Assembly (NCBI GenBank): GCA_035944555.1
Contig: DASZAY010000012.1
Location: 77,899-141,898, forward strand
Direction of reading: 5' to 3'
Length of the DNA: 64,000 nucleotides
Source of the DNA: Thermomicrobiales bacterium
GTDB lineage: Bacteria; Chloroflexota; Chloroflexia; Thermomicrobiales; UBA6265
This document shows positions 9,264-19,175 of this stretch, piece by piece (the first letter of the stretch is position 1; every line of letters starts with the position of its first letter). The position numbers and the translations under genes were made by a program. The notes under the pieces are model-generated. The model saw only the letters and a list, made by a program, of their open reading frames with translations, was not told the DNA's origin and made no database searches.

Positions 9264-12101
9264 TCAGCCCGTGTTCTTCAGGCCGCTGGCGATCCCGTTG
9301 ATCGTGAGCAGCATGGCCTTTGTCAGCGACTCATCACGCTCCTGAAGAGGCACGCCGCCCTCCCGGAGACGGCGACGGAGCTCCAGCTGGAGGAAGCTGA
9401 GCGGGTCGACGTAGGGATTGCGCCGCTCGACGGACCGCTGCAGGACCGGGTCTTGGTCCAGGAGCCGCCGCTGCCTGGTGACAGCGAGCAGGGACTGTTC
9501 CGTCAGGTCCCACTCGGCCCGGATCCGGTTCCAGACCGGATCGGTCGCGGCGTCGCGGCCCGCCGCGACGACGTAGCGCTCGGCGATCGTCCGGTCCGCC
9601 CGGGCGAGGGCCAGTTCGGCGTTCCGGAGCGCGTTCCGGAAGAAGAGCCAGCGGCTGTCCATCGCCTGCAGCGCCTCGAGCCCGTGACTATCAATGGCTG
9701 CCTGCAGGCCGGAACCGAGTCCGTACCAGCCGGGCAGGAGGATTCGGGCCTGGGTCCAGGCGAACACCCAGGGGATGGCTCGCAGATCCTCGATCCTGGT
9801 CGATTGCACCCGCCGTGCGGGACGCGAGCCGAGCTGGAGCAGGGCGATCTCGTCGATCGGTGTGACCGACGCGAAGAACTCGACCAGCTCATCGCTTCCG
9901 TAGACGAGGTCCCGGTACGCGGTGGACGATGCGTCCGAGATCGTCGTCATCACCGGGCGGTAGTGGTCGATCTCGTCCGCCGACGGCGCGTCCGGCAGGC
10001 CGATCGTGGCAAGCAGGACGGCGCCGCCGGTCAGTTCGAGTTCCCGGTGGGCGATCTCCGGGATGGAGTAGCGAGCCGAGATCACCTCGCCCTGCTCGGT
10101 CAGCTTGATTCCGCCGCCGATGGTGCCCGGCGGCAGCGCCAGGATCGCGGTGTTGGTCGGTCCGCCGCCACGGCCGATCGAACCGCCGCGACCGTGGAAG
10201 AAGACCAGGTCGACGCCGTACGAGCGGATCATTTCGGCCAGGGCTTCCTGCGAGGCGTAGAGGCCCCACGTCGACCCGAAATACCCGACGTCCTTGTTGG
10301 AATCGGAGTAGCCGACCATGATCTCCTGCGTGTCCCCGACCGAGGCGAGTGCCGCCCGGTAGACCGGCTCGTCCAGCAGCGTGCGCATCGTCTCTGGCGC
10401 TGCGCGGAGCGTCTCGCCGGCCTCGAAAAGTGGCGCGATCCGGAGGACCGCGTTCCCGCCGCCGGCACCGGCCAGCCCGGTCTCCTTCATCAGGAGCAGT
10501 ACCTCGAGGACGTCGCTCGACGCCTCGGTGTTGGAGATGATGTAGGTCCGGATCACGCCGGCATCCTGGCCGGACAGCGCGGCGCGGATCGTCCGGAACG
10601 TCTCGATGACCTCGCGGGCGACGTCTCCGAGCGGCGAGAGATCCAGCGGGATCAGAGGCCGGGGCGACGCGATCTCGCGGGCCAGCAGGGCGAACCGCTC
10701 GTCCTCGGACAGGGCACCGTAGTCGGCGACGACGCCGGTCAGGGCGAAGATCTCGGTCAGTGCGGTCTGGTGGCGCTTTGAGTTATCGCGAATGTCCAGG
10801 GTCGCGAAATGGAAGCCGAAGATCTCGACCTGCCGGATCGTGTCGCGCAGGTCGCCGTCAATGATCAGCGTCTCGCCCTGGTCGGCCAGCGAAGCGCGGA
10901 TGAGTTGCAGGTCTGCCAGCAGTTCCGCCGGGGCGTGATAGGGCATCGCGTCGGCGCTGCTGTTCGGCACGCGGATGCGGTCTCCACGCGGGTCGCCGGG
11001 CAGAATTTCGTGGCTCTCGCCGTACCCGATGCCCTGGGCCCGGGTCAGCCGGAGTCGCTCACGCATCAGCGTCAGGAGTTGCCGGTACGGCTCGCCACGG
11101 TTGAGCGACTCCAGCTCCCGGCCAAGTTCCGGGAACCACGCCCGGTAGACGGCCAGGTAGTCGTCGAGCCGCGGCGCGGGTCCGGCGATCCACTCCGAGA
11201 CCGACAGCCGGCCAGCCAGCTCGGTCAGCCGATCTTCCAGGAACCGCAGCGCCGTCTCGCGCATCAGGGCCAGCGCCTCGCGAGTCCGCTCCGGCGTCAC
11301 ATTGGGGTTGCCGTCCCGGTCGCCACCCATCCAGGATCCGAAGCCGAGGAACGGTGGGACGCGCATCTCTGTGCCCGGATAGGCCTCGGCCAGTGCTCCC
11401 TCGATGTCCCGGTAGATCTGCGGCAGGACGTTGACGAGCGTGCTGCCGAAGTAAACGAGTCCGGCCCGGACTTCATCGAGCACGCTCGGCGAAACGGCCC
11501 GGATCTCGTCAGAGCTCCAGAGCTCGGCGACGGTGGCAGCGATCCGGCTGCGGGTCTGCGCCATCGCGGCCGGCGAGGGCGGTCGCTCGTCCATCGACCG
11601 GAGGGCGACGAACAGACGGGCCAGCTTGTCGATCACGGTCCGGCGACGTGACTCGGTCGGGTGCGCCGTGAGGACGAGGCGGACCTCGGCGTCGTCGAGG
11701 AGCGCCTGCATCTGTTCCGCCGACAGCCCGTTTCCCGCGCCGTAGCCGGTAGCGACCGCCGCGACGACCGAACGAAGCGAGCCACGTCGAGGGGCGGCGC
11801 CGGGGGTATAGTCGTGTGCCTGGAGCCGGCGGATGCGCTCGTTGTCCTCGGCGAGGTTCACGAGCTGGAAATACGAGGTGAACGCGCGGATCAGCACCCG
11901 GAGATCGGCGACATCCGCTTCACGCAGCGCCGTCTCCATCCGGCTGACGGCCGTCTCGTCACCGTTTCGGGCCGCCTTGGCCAAGGCGCGGATCATCTCC
12001 TCGAAGGCGAACGCCTCCTCGCCGGCCTGAGCCCGGATTGCGTCCCCGAGCAGGCCACCGAGCAGGAAGATGTCGTCGGAGATGGTGCGACCGGCAGGCA
12101 T
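9264..12101 (-). CDS. ppc: Phosphoenolpyruvate carboxylase
   Basis: 945 aa. Contains the VLTAHPTE and GYSDSNKDVG motifs and the FHGRGGSIGRGGGP loop, all PEPC signatures. Confidence 0.95.
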   Translation of the reverse strand: MPAGRTISDDIFLLGGLLGDAIRAQAGEEAFAFEEMIRALAKAARNGDETAVSRMETALREADVADLRVLIRAFTSYFQLVNLAEDNERIRRLQAHDYTPGAAPRRGSLRSVVAAVATGYGAGNGLSAEQMQALLDDAEVRLVLTAHPTESRRRTVIDKLARLFVALRSMDERPPSPAAMAQTRSRIAATVAELWSSDEIRAVSPSVLDEVRAGLVYFGSTLVNVLPQIYRDIEGALAEAYPGTEMRVPPFLGFGSWMGGDRDGNPNVTPERTREALALMRETALRFLEDRLTELAGRLSVSEWIAGPAPRLDDYLAVYRAWFPELGRELESLNRGEPYRQLLTLMRERLRLTRAQGIGYGESHEILPGDPRGDRIRVPNSSADAMPYHAPAELLADLQLIRASLADQGETLIIDGDLRDTIRQVEIFGFHFATLDIRDNSKRHQTALTEIFALTGVVADYGALSEDERFALLAREIASPRPLIPLDLSPLGDVAREVIETFRTIRAALSGQDAGVIRTYIISNTEASSDVLEVLLLMKETGLAGAGGGNAVLRIAPLFEAGETLRAAPETMRTLLDEPVYRAALASVGDTQEIMVGYSDSNKDVGYFGSTWGLYASQEALAEMIRSYGVDLVFFHGRGGSIGRGGGPTNTAILALPPGTIGGGIKLTEQGEVISARYSIPEIAHRELELTGGAVLLATIGLPDAPSADEIDHYRPVMTTISDASSTAYRDLVYGSDELVEFFASVTPIDEIALLQLGSRPARRVQSTRIEDLRAIPWVFAWTQARILLPGWYGLGSGLQAAIDSHGLEALQAMDSRWLFFRNALRNAELALARADRTIAERYVVAAGRDAATDPVWNRIRAEWDLTEQSLLAVTRQRRLLDQDPVLQRSVERRNPYVDPLSFLQLELRRRLREGGVPLQERDESLTKAMLLTINGIASGLKNTG

Positions 12102-12410
12102 GGAGCGCAGGTCCTCTCGTGGAAATATCGATACAGACGCCGGTTGCCATCATGCCGGCAGATCTGGGCCGGCAAACCCGATCAGGATACCCGGCGTGGA
12201 ACGGCCACCGCGAACGAAGACGTCGGAGGGCATGGGCGGAGAGTACGGGACGGCCTTCCTGCGGTTGGATACGTGGCTATCCGCCCCGCCCAGGCCGGAC
12301 AGTGGTCGCCCGGAGCACGGCCCTCAGATACACTGGCCAGCATCAACATGAATGCAGCATGAACCGGGTCGCACATCGGGGCGATCCTTGGGTGGCCGGG
12401 AGGCAAGCGG

Positions 12411-13220
12411 GTGGATTTCATCGTCCTGGGCAGCATCCTTGGGGCGATCCTGATCGCAGCCGGGCGCGCCTGCGTGGAGCTCGTGCCGTGGCGGCTCCCC
12501 GCTCCGTCGGACGATCAGGAATGGCTGGAGGTCCGCGACCGACGTCGCCTGGTCCGGCTGCTCCGGGCTGGCGGCCGGATGCTCGTCGTCGTCGGCGTGG
12601 TGCTCCTGCTGACGACCGGCGTGCTGGTCGTGATGGGCGCCTCTGACCGTGTTGCGCTCACGACCGTGCTGATCGTCGGCATCGGCGGAATGCTCGCCGC
12701 CGCGGGTCTACTGGGCTGGTACCGCTACCAGGACTCCACGGGGGCGATCCAGCGCCGCCAGTTGCGCGCAATACGTTCCCGCCTCGGGTCAACGCAGCCC
12801 GGCAACGCCCGCCGACACGACGAGCAGGCAGGACGGACGGCTCGAGCGGAGGGCCAGAGGGACCCGGATGAGCGCGGCCAACGGCGGGCGGTGGGTGGAC
12901 GTCGGAGCGAGCGAGCGACTCGCCGGGTTGCCAGTCCGGAACGGGAGCTTCCGGACGCAAGGCTGAGCCGTGATCCGGAGCGCGGGCCGGAACCCCGGCA
13001 GGATGCTCTTCCCAGACCCCGGATGGCCAATGCAGTCCGCTCCGAGACCGGGGACCGCACCGGGCCACTACCCGCCGCGCGGAGAGCGCCGGGTTCGGAT
13101 CGGCCCTCCTCGGCTCGACGGCCCACTGGTTCCTACGAGCCGGTCCGGCGGGTGGACGATGCCCCTCCGGCCGGGATTGCCCCCCGGCGACCAGCAATGG
13201 AGCGACACCAGGGCCGGTGA
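12411..13220 (+). CDS. Hypothetical membrane protein with an Arg-rich disordered C-terminal tail
   Basis: GGAGG lies 6 nt upstream of GTG 12411. Third-position GC is high in the first 120 codons. There are three predicted TM segments, then about 150 aa of R/P/E-rich low complexity. I recognise no family. Confidence 0.5.
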   Translation: MDFIVLGSILGAILIAAGRACVELVPWRLPAPSDDQEWLEVRDRRRLVRLLRAGGRMLVVVGVVLLLTTGVLVVMGASDRVALTTVLIVGIGGMLAAAGLLGWYRYQDSTGAIQRRQLRAIRSRLGSTQPGNARRHDEQAGRTARAEGQRDPDERGQRRAVGGRRSERATRRVASPERELPDARLSRDPERGPEPRQDALPRPRMANAVRSETGDRTGPLPAARRAPGSDRPSSARRPTGSYEPVRRVDDAPPAGIAPRRPAMERHQGR

Positions 13221-13259
13221 GCGTGCCTGTCTCGCGCCGTCCTATCGCCTTCTGCCTTC

Positions 13260-13526
13260 GTGAAACGGGTTTCGATGTCGGTCTTTGGTGTGAGTCTGCT
13301 CGACCTGTTGCTGCTCACCTTCTGCTTCTCGGTGCCCTTCGCGGTGCTGGCCGTCATCGTCACCGTGCTCTATCGGCGTGATCGACGACTCACTCCGCCT
13401 GAACCCGACGCCCGGATGCCGTCGCACAATCCCCAGGCCGCTCCTGCCCGCCAGCCGGGCGACGAGCGCACCCGTGGCAAGGCGCGAGACGCGAACCCAG
13501 GTCCTGAGATCAGCGACCGGACGTAG
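13260..13526 (+). CDS. Small hypothetical membrane protein
   Basis: 88-aa ORF with one strong TM segment (VSLLDLLLLTFCFSVPFAVLAVIVTVLY) followed by a charged tail. No homology recognised. An ATG at 13275 is an alternative start. Confidence 0.35.
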   Translation: MKRVSMSVFGVSLLDLLLLTFCFSVPFAVLAVIVTVLYRRDRRLTPPEPDARMPSHNPQAAPARQPGDERTRGKARDANPGPEISDRT

Positions 13527-13684
13527 CCAGGTTCGGGACTCGGATGGTTCAACGAGTCGCTCGGTCTGGCTCAATCACGGCCTGGCCGCGTCCACCCGGC
13601 ATGTGAGTGATCGTGCGAGCCATACAACGGGCCGAGACTGGCTTCCCCGTTGGTGCGTCCTTGGTCCGGCATCCTTAGTGACAC

Positions 13685-14665
13685 TCATGTCCGGGGACGG
13701 CGCGTCGGTTGCGGGTCCGGCTGGTCGGGCGCGGCCTGGGTCGGTGGCAGCGGTGATGGCGCGGTCGGCGGTGGAGGTGGGGGCACCGTTGGCGGTGGCG
13801 GGGCTGGTCGGACCTGTGTCGGTTCCGGTTGCACCTGTGGTGGCACAGCCGTGGGACGGTCGCCGCGAACAGGTACCGGGGTCGCGGTCGGGCGGCGCGG
13901 GGTGCTCGTCGCGCGGTCCGGAGCGGTCGCGTCGGGTGTCGGCTGGCGATCGACCGGGGCCGCCGTGGTGGGTCGCCGTGGTGGGAGCCTCGTCGGTGGC
14001 TCGGTCGGAACCACCCGCGTTGCCGGCGGCGCGGTGGCGGTGGCAGCCGCCTGTCGGGTCGGCAGGCGCGTGATTGGCTGGGTGGCCGTCGCAGCGGCTG
14101 TCGCCTGGGTTGTGGGAGTCGCGGTCGCCCGGCGGGTCGCTGTGGCGGTCGGCGCCGGTGGTGCAGTCGGTGGCGCCGAGGTTGGCCGCACGGTCGGCGG
14201 AACAGGTGCGGCCGTGGGGGGACGTGGAGTCTTCGTCGCGGCGAGGCCCGGGCCGACGCGCGTGGGAGTGGCGCGTGGCGTGGCGGTCGACGTCGGACTG
14301 ATGGTCGCCGATGCCGTGGAAGTCGCCGTCGCGCGGGCGGTCGCGGTCCGGGTCGGCGTGCTCATGATGGTCGCCGTCGGGTAGCGCTGGGTGATACCGA
14401 TGTTGACGACCCGGACGGTCGACGTCGGCGTGGGACCGGGCGTGTCGGTGGCCGGTACGGTCGGGGCTACGTCGGCCGGGGATGTCGGATCGGGACGGGC
14501 CTGCTCGTCCGGGGCGGCGATCTCTGTGCCCTCGGCATCAACCGGTTCCTCGCCGAGCGCGGGCAGGATCACGATCGTCACGACCAGGATCGCCGTCACG
14601 ACGAGCGAAGCCAGTGAGACCAGAGTCGGAATGATGGAACCGCGGCGGCGGGTGCGATTAACCAC
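13685..14665 (-). CDS. Membrane-anchored Pro/Thr/Ala-rich low-complexity protein
   Basis: GAGGG lies 7 nt upstream of GTG 14665. An N-terminal anchor (IIPTLVSLASLVVTAILVVTIVILPAL) is followed by about 280 aa of P/T/A/R-rich sequence ending in PPPPTVPPPPPPTAPSPLPPT. The opposite-strand ORFs are G/V/R-rich shadows. Confidence 0.6.
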   Translation of the reverse strand: MVNRTRRRGSIIPTLVSLASLVVTAILVVTIVILPALGEEPVDAEGTEIAAPDEQARPDPTSPADVAPTVPATDTPGPTPTSTVRVVNIGITQRYPTATIMSTPTRTATARATATSTASATISPTSTATPRATPTRVGPGLAATKTPRPPTAAPVPPTVRPTSAPPTAPPAPTATATRRATATPTTQATAAATATQPITRLPTRQAAATATAPPATRVVPTEPPTRLPPRRPTTAAPVDRQPTPDATAPDRATSTPRRPTATPVPVRGDRPTAVPPQVQPEPTQVRPAPPPPTVPPPPPPTAPSPLPPTQAAPDQPDPQPTRRPRT

Positions 14666-14920
14666 GGGGTTTCCCTCTCACCACGTTGGTGGATGCGGCG
14701 CTGCGGTACGTAGCCACTGGAGCGGAACTGCATCGTCCCGGTAGCGATCCGGCGAGGGGGTCCGGGTCTGCTCGGGGCCGCCTGCCCGGACCGCGAGTCG
14801 GAGGGCCTGCGCGCCAGGATCGAGTATACGGGTGAACGTAAAGCGTGAGGATTATCAGCGAAACCGTCCATGGGAATCGGGAGGCACCGGGCCCTTACTG
14901 CCTGAAGCGTCCCGCTGCAG

Positions 14921-17218
14921 TCAGTTCCGACGATCCCGTCCCTGGCCGACTGATCGGGTGGACGCGAGCCAGGCACCGAGAAAGATCAGGGCCATGATCC
15001 CGGCAATGGTGAAGAGCACCACGTAGCGATTCCAGCCGAATCGCTCGGTCAGGCCTTCATCGATGATTGCCGGGGCCCGGGCGACCTGCGTCGACTCGAC
15101 CTCGGACGAGCCGGTCACGGTTGCCACACCCCCGGACAGCTGATTGAGTCGCTCGACGTCCTCGAAGGCCCCGCCGGTCTGGGTCACGCCAGCGTCGGTG
15201 GTCGAGGTCAGGAGCAGCGTTGCACCGCCCGAGCGCCAGGGTGAGGGGAGCAGCGCGACCTGGCCGAGCGCCGGCAGGACGCTTCCGGTCGTGCTGGTCT
15301 GGCCGGGGGCGTTGACCAGCCCTCCGTACCGGCGTACGAGGTCCCCGGCTACAGGGTTGCGGGTGGCCGTGCCAATCACGATCAGATTGGTCGCCGTCCG
15401 GTCCGTCTCGGTCAGGCGGGAGACCGGTATCAGCACGGGCAGCGACCGCGCATCACCGGCCGACCAGCGGGCCACAGCTGCGAGCGTGCGCATCGCGACC
15501 TGCATCTCGGCGGTCGTCGGCCAGTCGGGGACGACCGCGATCAGCGGCGTTACCGGGGCCAGCGGGTCGCCGGCCAGCGGGGCCGGGAAGCTGGCCAGTT
15601 CAAGGACGCGCTCCGTTTCGTGGGGCAGGACCCAGCGCGATCCCGGCAAAATGGTGACGGTCGGGGGCGTCAGGCCGGCACAGGTCGCGCCTACCCCGAG
15701 GTTGACGCCGGCCACCAGCGACAGAGACCGGCGATCGGCGCCGCTCACGGCCCCGAGCTGGCTCGCCGGCACCTCGAACCGGGCTGCCTGGCGGGTAGGG
15801 GCGGTCTCCGGTGATCCACCGACTACCGCATCCTGCCCGCCTGCCCGCAGCGGCATGGAGCCCATCCAGTGACCATTGAGCGTCAGCGACAGACTGGAGT
15901 CCGGCGAGATATTGCCCGAGACCGACACGTCCAGAATGAGGTGAGAACCACCGGACAGCAGCCAGCCGGCCGGCCTCGGGAACGTCAGGGACATCTGCTG
16001 GGCGCCGGTCCCCGAGAAGGAATACGTCCCGGCTCCGAGCTGACCAAATGTCGCGGTGTTCCCGTCCCAGCTGGGACTGCGGAGCTCCGGGGTGAGCACC
16101 TCGCGTCCCGTCAGGATCGCCCACGAGCCTGCCAGGTTGTTGGCTCGGCCCGGCCGGACCAGCGCGGCGGCCGCATCCAGTACGCCGTCCGGCGTTGCGC
16201 TCGAGACGAGCAGACGGGGGACGACCGAGCGCTGCAGCGCGAGCAACCCACGATCGGACGGGACGGCGCCGTTTGGCGTGCGCCACGTCGTGCCATCCCA
16301 GGAGACGTCGCCCCAGGTCAGGCTTCCGGCGAAGCGGACCCCGGCTGATACGACGATGGCCGGCTGATCGGGCGGGATCTGGTCGGCGAACAGGATCGTC
16401 GTCGGGACCTGTCGCTCCGCTGACCACCGTCCCAGTGCCGTCGCGAGGTGCCCCGCCGCCTGGAATTCCTCCGGCGCCGCCCCTTGCCCGACGACGATGG
16501 TCACGGCCCGCGCAGAGATATCGCCCTCCCGTGAGACCGGATCGGGCGTCGCCGGCATGAACAGGCTGGGCAGATCCGCCAGGCCAGCACTCTGGTCCAG
16601 GTTGGTGCGATCGAACTCGATCGACGAGTCGGACCGGATGACCAGCCAGCGACCCGGATCGATCGCTGGCGGGCAGCCAGCGCCAGCGGTCACCAGCCGG
16701 GTGTCGATGGTTAGGACAACGCTGGCGGTTTGCGGCAGGCGGTCGGTCGCCTCCAGCGGCACGAGGAGTTCCGCGACCTGACCGTTGGCTTCTTCCAGCG
16801 TGGTTGATCGCCGGACCTGGCCATTGACGGAAACCGTCAGTGAGGATGCCTCGTGATCAAGGAGCGACGACGCCTCGAATCGGAGGACGAGGTGACTGTC
16901 CGTCCCGAGCGTCTGCGACGGTCGGAGTGGCACCTCGACAACCGACGTCATGAGGCTGGCGGTGATCTTCTGGTCCGGGTAACCCAGCAGGAGAAAGGTC
17001 GACCGGGCGTCGGTCAGGGGCAGCTCCGCGGACGGGGCGGGAGATGGCTCGCCGGACGGCGAATCCTCCTGGGCGACGACCGCGATGCGTTCCGCTGCGA
17101 CCGGGACGCGGGGCGCCGTGGAGACCGCGACCGGGAGAACCAGCACCGCGACGAGCAGAAGGAGGAAGGGGCGACCGATCCACTGGGCGGCAGGTCGATC
17201 GGGCAGGGGGCGGTGCAT
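14921..17218 (-). CDS. BcsB-like (cellulose synthase regulatory subunit family-like) bitopic envelope protein
   Basis: Has an N-terminal TM/signal segment (FLLLLVAVLVLPVAV), a large extracytoplasmic region and a C-terminal TM anchor (YVVLFTIAGIMALIFLGAWLA). Two repeats resemble the BcsB pattern, an L-x-V-x-(V/L)-NG core reached after a 'profile' stretch: SSLTVSVNGQVRRSTTL and SSLSLTLNGHWMGSMPL. Start set at ATG 17218. Assigned by pattern recognition only. Confidence 0.5.
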   Translation of the reverse strand: MHRPLPDRPAAQWIGRPFLLLLVAVLVLPVAVSTAPRVPVAAERIAVVAQEDSPSGEPSPAPSAELPLTDARSTFLLLGYPDQKITASLMTSVVEVPLRPSQTLGTDSHLVLRFEASSLLDHEASSLTVSVNGQVRRSTTLEEANGQVAELLVPLEATDRLPQTASVVLTIDTRLVTAGAGCPPAIDPGRWLVIRSDSSIEFDRTNLDQSAGLADLPSLFMPATPDPVSREGDISARAVTIVVGQGAAPEEFQAAGHLATALGRWSAERQVPTTILFADQIPPDQPAIVVSAGVRFAGSLTWGDVSWDGTTWRTPNGAVPSDRGLLALQRSVVPRLLVSSATPDGVLDAAAALVRPGRANNLAGSWAILTGREVLTPELRSPSWDGNTATFGQLGAGTYSFSGTGAQQMSLTFPRPAGWLLSGGSHLILDVSVSGNISPDSSLSLTLNGHWMGSMPLRAGGQDAVVGGSPETAPTRQAARFEVPASQLGAVSGADRRSLSLVAGVNLGVGATCAGLTPPTVTILPGSRWVLPHETERVLELASFPAPLAGDPLAPVTPLIAVVPDWPTTAEMQVAMRTLAAVARWSAGDARSLPVLIPVSRLTETDRTATNLIVIGTATRNPVAGDLVRRYGGLVNAPGQTSTTGSVLPALGQVALLPSPWRSGGATLLLTSTTDAGVTQTGGAFEDVERLNQLSGGVATVTGSSEVESTQVARAPAIIDEGLTERFGWNRYVVLFTIAGIMALIFLGAWLASTRSVGQGRDRRN

Positions 17219-17316
17219 CGGCGGTCGCGCTCCGGGATGGTTCGGCGAGGGACGGTCGGACCGGGACAGCATATCCGTCCGGGACCGGACCGGACGACCC
17301 CGACCCGGTCCGGGGC

Positions 17317-17976
17317 TCAGGTCCGACCGGTCGCCGCCCGCCGGGCGCGGTTGGCGGCAAGGTATCGCGACAGCCACCGGATCAGCAGGTCGGCGAGGAT
17401 AGCCAGGAGGGTGATCGCGATCGCGCCGGCGAGAATCTGCTCCGGTCGCCGGAGCTTGACCCCGTCGAACAGGAGGCGGCCGAGTCCACCGGCCGCGACC
17501 CAGCCGGCGACCGTCGCGGTGCTGATCGTCACCACCGTCGCGGTCCGGACTCCGGCGACGATCACCGGCAGGGCGAGCGGCAGGGTGACCCGGGTGAACA
17601 CCTGTGCGCCGGAGAGCCCCATCCCGCGCGCCGCCTCGATGACGGCCGGATCGACGCCACGCAGCCCCGTGATGATGTTGCGGACGAGGAACGTCAGCGA
17701 GTAGGCGGCGAGGACGATGACGGCATTGTTCGTTCCCAGACCCACCACGGGGATGAGGATGGCCAGGAACGCCAGGGATGGGATCGTGTAGATGGCGCCA
17801 AGCACGCTCAGGATCGGCAGGCCCAGAGCGGGAAACCGGGCGCCCAGTACGCCGAGCGGGATCGCGATGACCAGCCCGAGCAGCAGCGCGTAGACGCTCA
17901 GTTGCAGGTGCTCCAGCGTCAGCTCAAGCACCCGACCAGGGTTTTCGAACAGGTAGTCGAGCGACAGGCCGCTCAT
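17317..17976 (-). CDS. Osmoprotectant (glycine betaine/choline/carnitine-type) ABC transporter permease
   Basis: BPD_transp_1-type permease of about 219 aa with 5-6 TM segments. It has a 4-nt overlap with the upstream ATPase gene and belongs to a four-gene Opu-type cluster. Confidence 0.85.
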   Translation of the reverse strand: MSGLSLDYLFENPGRVLELTLEHLQLSVYALLLGLVIAIPLGVLGARFPALGLPILSVLGAIYTIPSLAFLAILIPVVGLGTNNAVIVLAAYSLTFLVRNIITGLRGVDPAVIEAARGMGLSGAQVFTRVTLPLALPVIVAGVRTATVVTISTATVAGWVAAGGLGRLLFDGVKLRRPEQILAGAIAITLLAILADLLIRWLSRYLAANRARRAATGRT

Positions 17977-19046
17977 CTCGAGGACCCGGTAGCGACAATG
18001 GCGTCCGCGTCCGTGACGATCGTGTCGTCGATGCCCATGCTGGCAATACCGGCCCCGGGCTGGCTGATGCCATGGACGGTGGCGAAGTCGACCCAGCCGA
18101 TCGGGCGGGCGTCGGCGTCGACCACAATCACCCGGTCACTGGACGACTCCAGCAACCGGTCCAGCGCGGCGCGGCCAGTGCCGCTCGCCAGGATGGTCGC
18201 CTCATCGGCTCGGGGAGCGCGGCCGTCCAGCGGTCGCACCACATCCCGAATCGGGAGAAGTTCCAGGCGCCGCATCACGTTGCCGGACCCGACGAGCTGG
18301 GCGACGAACTCGTCGGCCGGCCGTGTCACCACTGCCAGCGGCGTGTCGTACTGGACGACCGCGCCATCGCGCATGACGATGATCCGGTCAGCCAATCGCA
18401 GGGCCTCCTCGATGTCGTGCGTCACGAAGACCATTGTCTGCCCCATCTGGCGATGGAGGCGGCGCAGCTCGTCCTGGAGGCGGGTACGGGTAATGGCGTC
18501 CAGTGCGCCGAACGGTTCATCCATCAGCAGCGTGCGCGGCTCCCCGGCGAGCGCCCGGGCCAGACCGACGCGCTGTTGCTGTCCGCCGGAGAGTTGCGAC
18601 GGGTAGCGACGGCGGTACTCATCCGGCGGCAGGCCGACCAGCTCCAGCAGCTCATCAACCCGGCGGCCGATCCGCGCCTTGTCCCAGCCGAGCAGCTTCG
18701 GGACGACGGCGACGTTGTCGGCGATGCGAAGATGCGGGAAGAGACCGGTCTGCTGGATGACGTAGCCCATCCGGCGGCGGAGGCGGGTCGGGGAGAGGGA
18801 CGTGATGTCGTCACCGTCCAGCCGGATGGTGCCGCCCGTCGGCTCATAGAGGCGGTTGGTGAGCTTGAGCAGCGTGGTCTTGCCACAGCCGGACGGCCCG
18901 AGGATCACGACCAGCTCGCCGGGGGTGATCTCCAGTGAGACGTCGTGGACCGCCGCCGCGCCGCTGTTCCCGGCGTACCGCTTGGAGACGTTCTCGTAAG
19001 TGATCCGGCTTCCCGTGTCGCCGGATCGACTGTCACTTGTCATCAT
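17973..19046 (-). CDS. Osmoprotectant ABC transporter ATP-binding protein with C-terminal CBS pair (OpuCA/OpuBA-like)
   Basis: Walker [10 protein letters not shown], signature LSGGQQQRVGLARAL and Walker B LLMDEPFGALD are present, plus a C-terminal region of about 120 aa typical of the CBS domains in Opu ATPases. Start set at ATG 19046 (MMTSDSR..). Confidence 0.9.
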   Translation of the reverse strand: MMTSDSRSGDTGSRITYENVSKRYAGNSGAAAVHDVSLEITPGELVVILGPSGCGKTTLLKLTNRLYEPTGGTIRLDGDDITSLSPTRLRRRMGYVIQQTGLFPHLRIADNVAVVPKLLGWDKARIGRRVDELLELVGLPPDEYRRRYPSQLSGGQQQRVGLARALAGEPRTLLMDEPFGALDAITRTRLQDELRRLHRQMGQTMVFVTHDIEEALRLADRIIVMRDGAVVQYDTPLAVVTRPADEFVAQLVGSGNVMRRLELLPIRDVVRPLDGRAPRADEATILASGTGRAALDRLLESSSDRVIVVDADARPIGWVDFATVHGISQPGAGIASMGIDDTIVTDADAIVATGSSR

Positions 19047-19175
19047 CGCTCTCCGTCGACACCGGGACCAGGAGCGGACCGGGTCACATCCGGGAGTCTG
19101 GATCAATCCGCCCGAAAACGCCGGGAGGGCACCGGCCGTGGCCAGCACCCTCCCGGCAGCGTATCAGGGTTGGAA

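Noticed and set aside
8448-10781. 777-aa plus-strand ORF spanning the hemA/ppc region
   Set aside because: It is antisense to two genes with unmistakable motifs: hemA (STCNRVEVY) and ppc (VLTAHPTE, GYSDSNKDVG). The product is R/G/D/P-rich with no motifs. It is a typical shadow ORF in GC-rich DNA, where stop codons are rare in the antisense frames.
13650-14617. Plus-strand G/V/A-rich and R/G-rich ORFs (13650..14384, 13829..14617) opposite the Pro/Thr-rich gene
   Set aside because: Low-complexity DNA is open in many frames. Only the minus-strand frame has an SD (GAGGG, 7 nt, GTG) and a proper N-terminal TM anchor.
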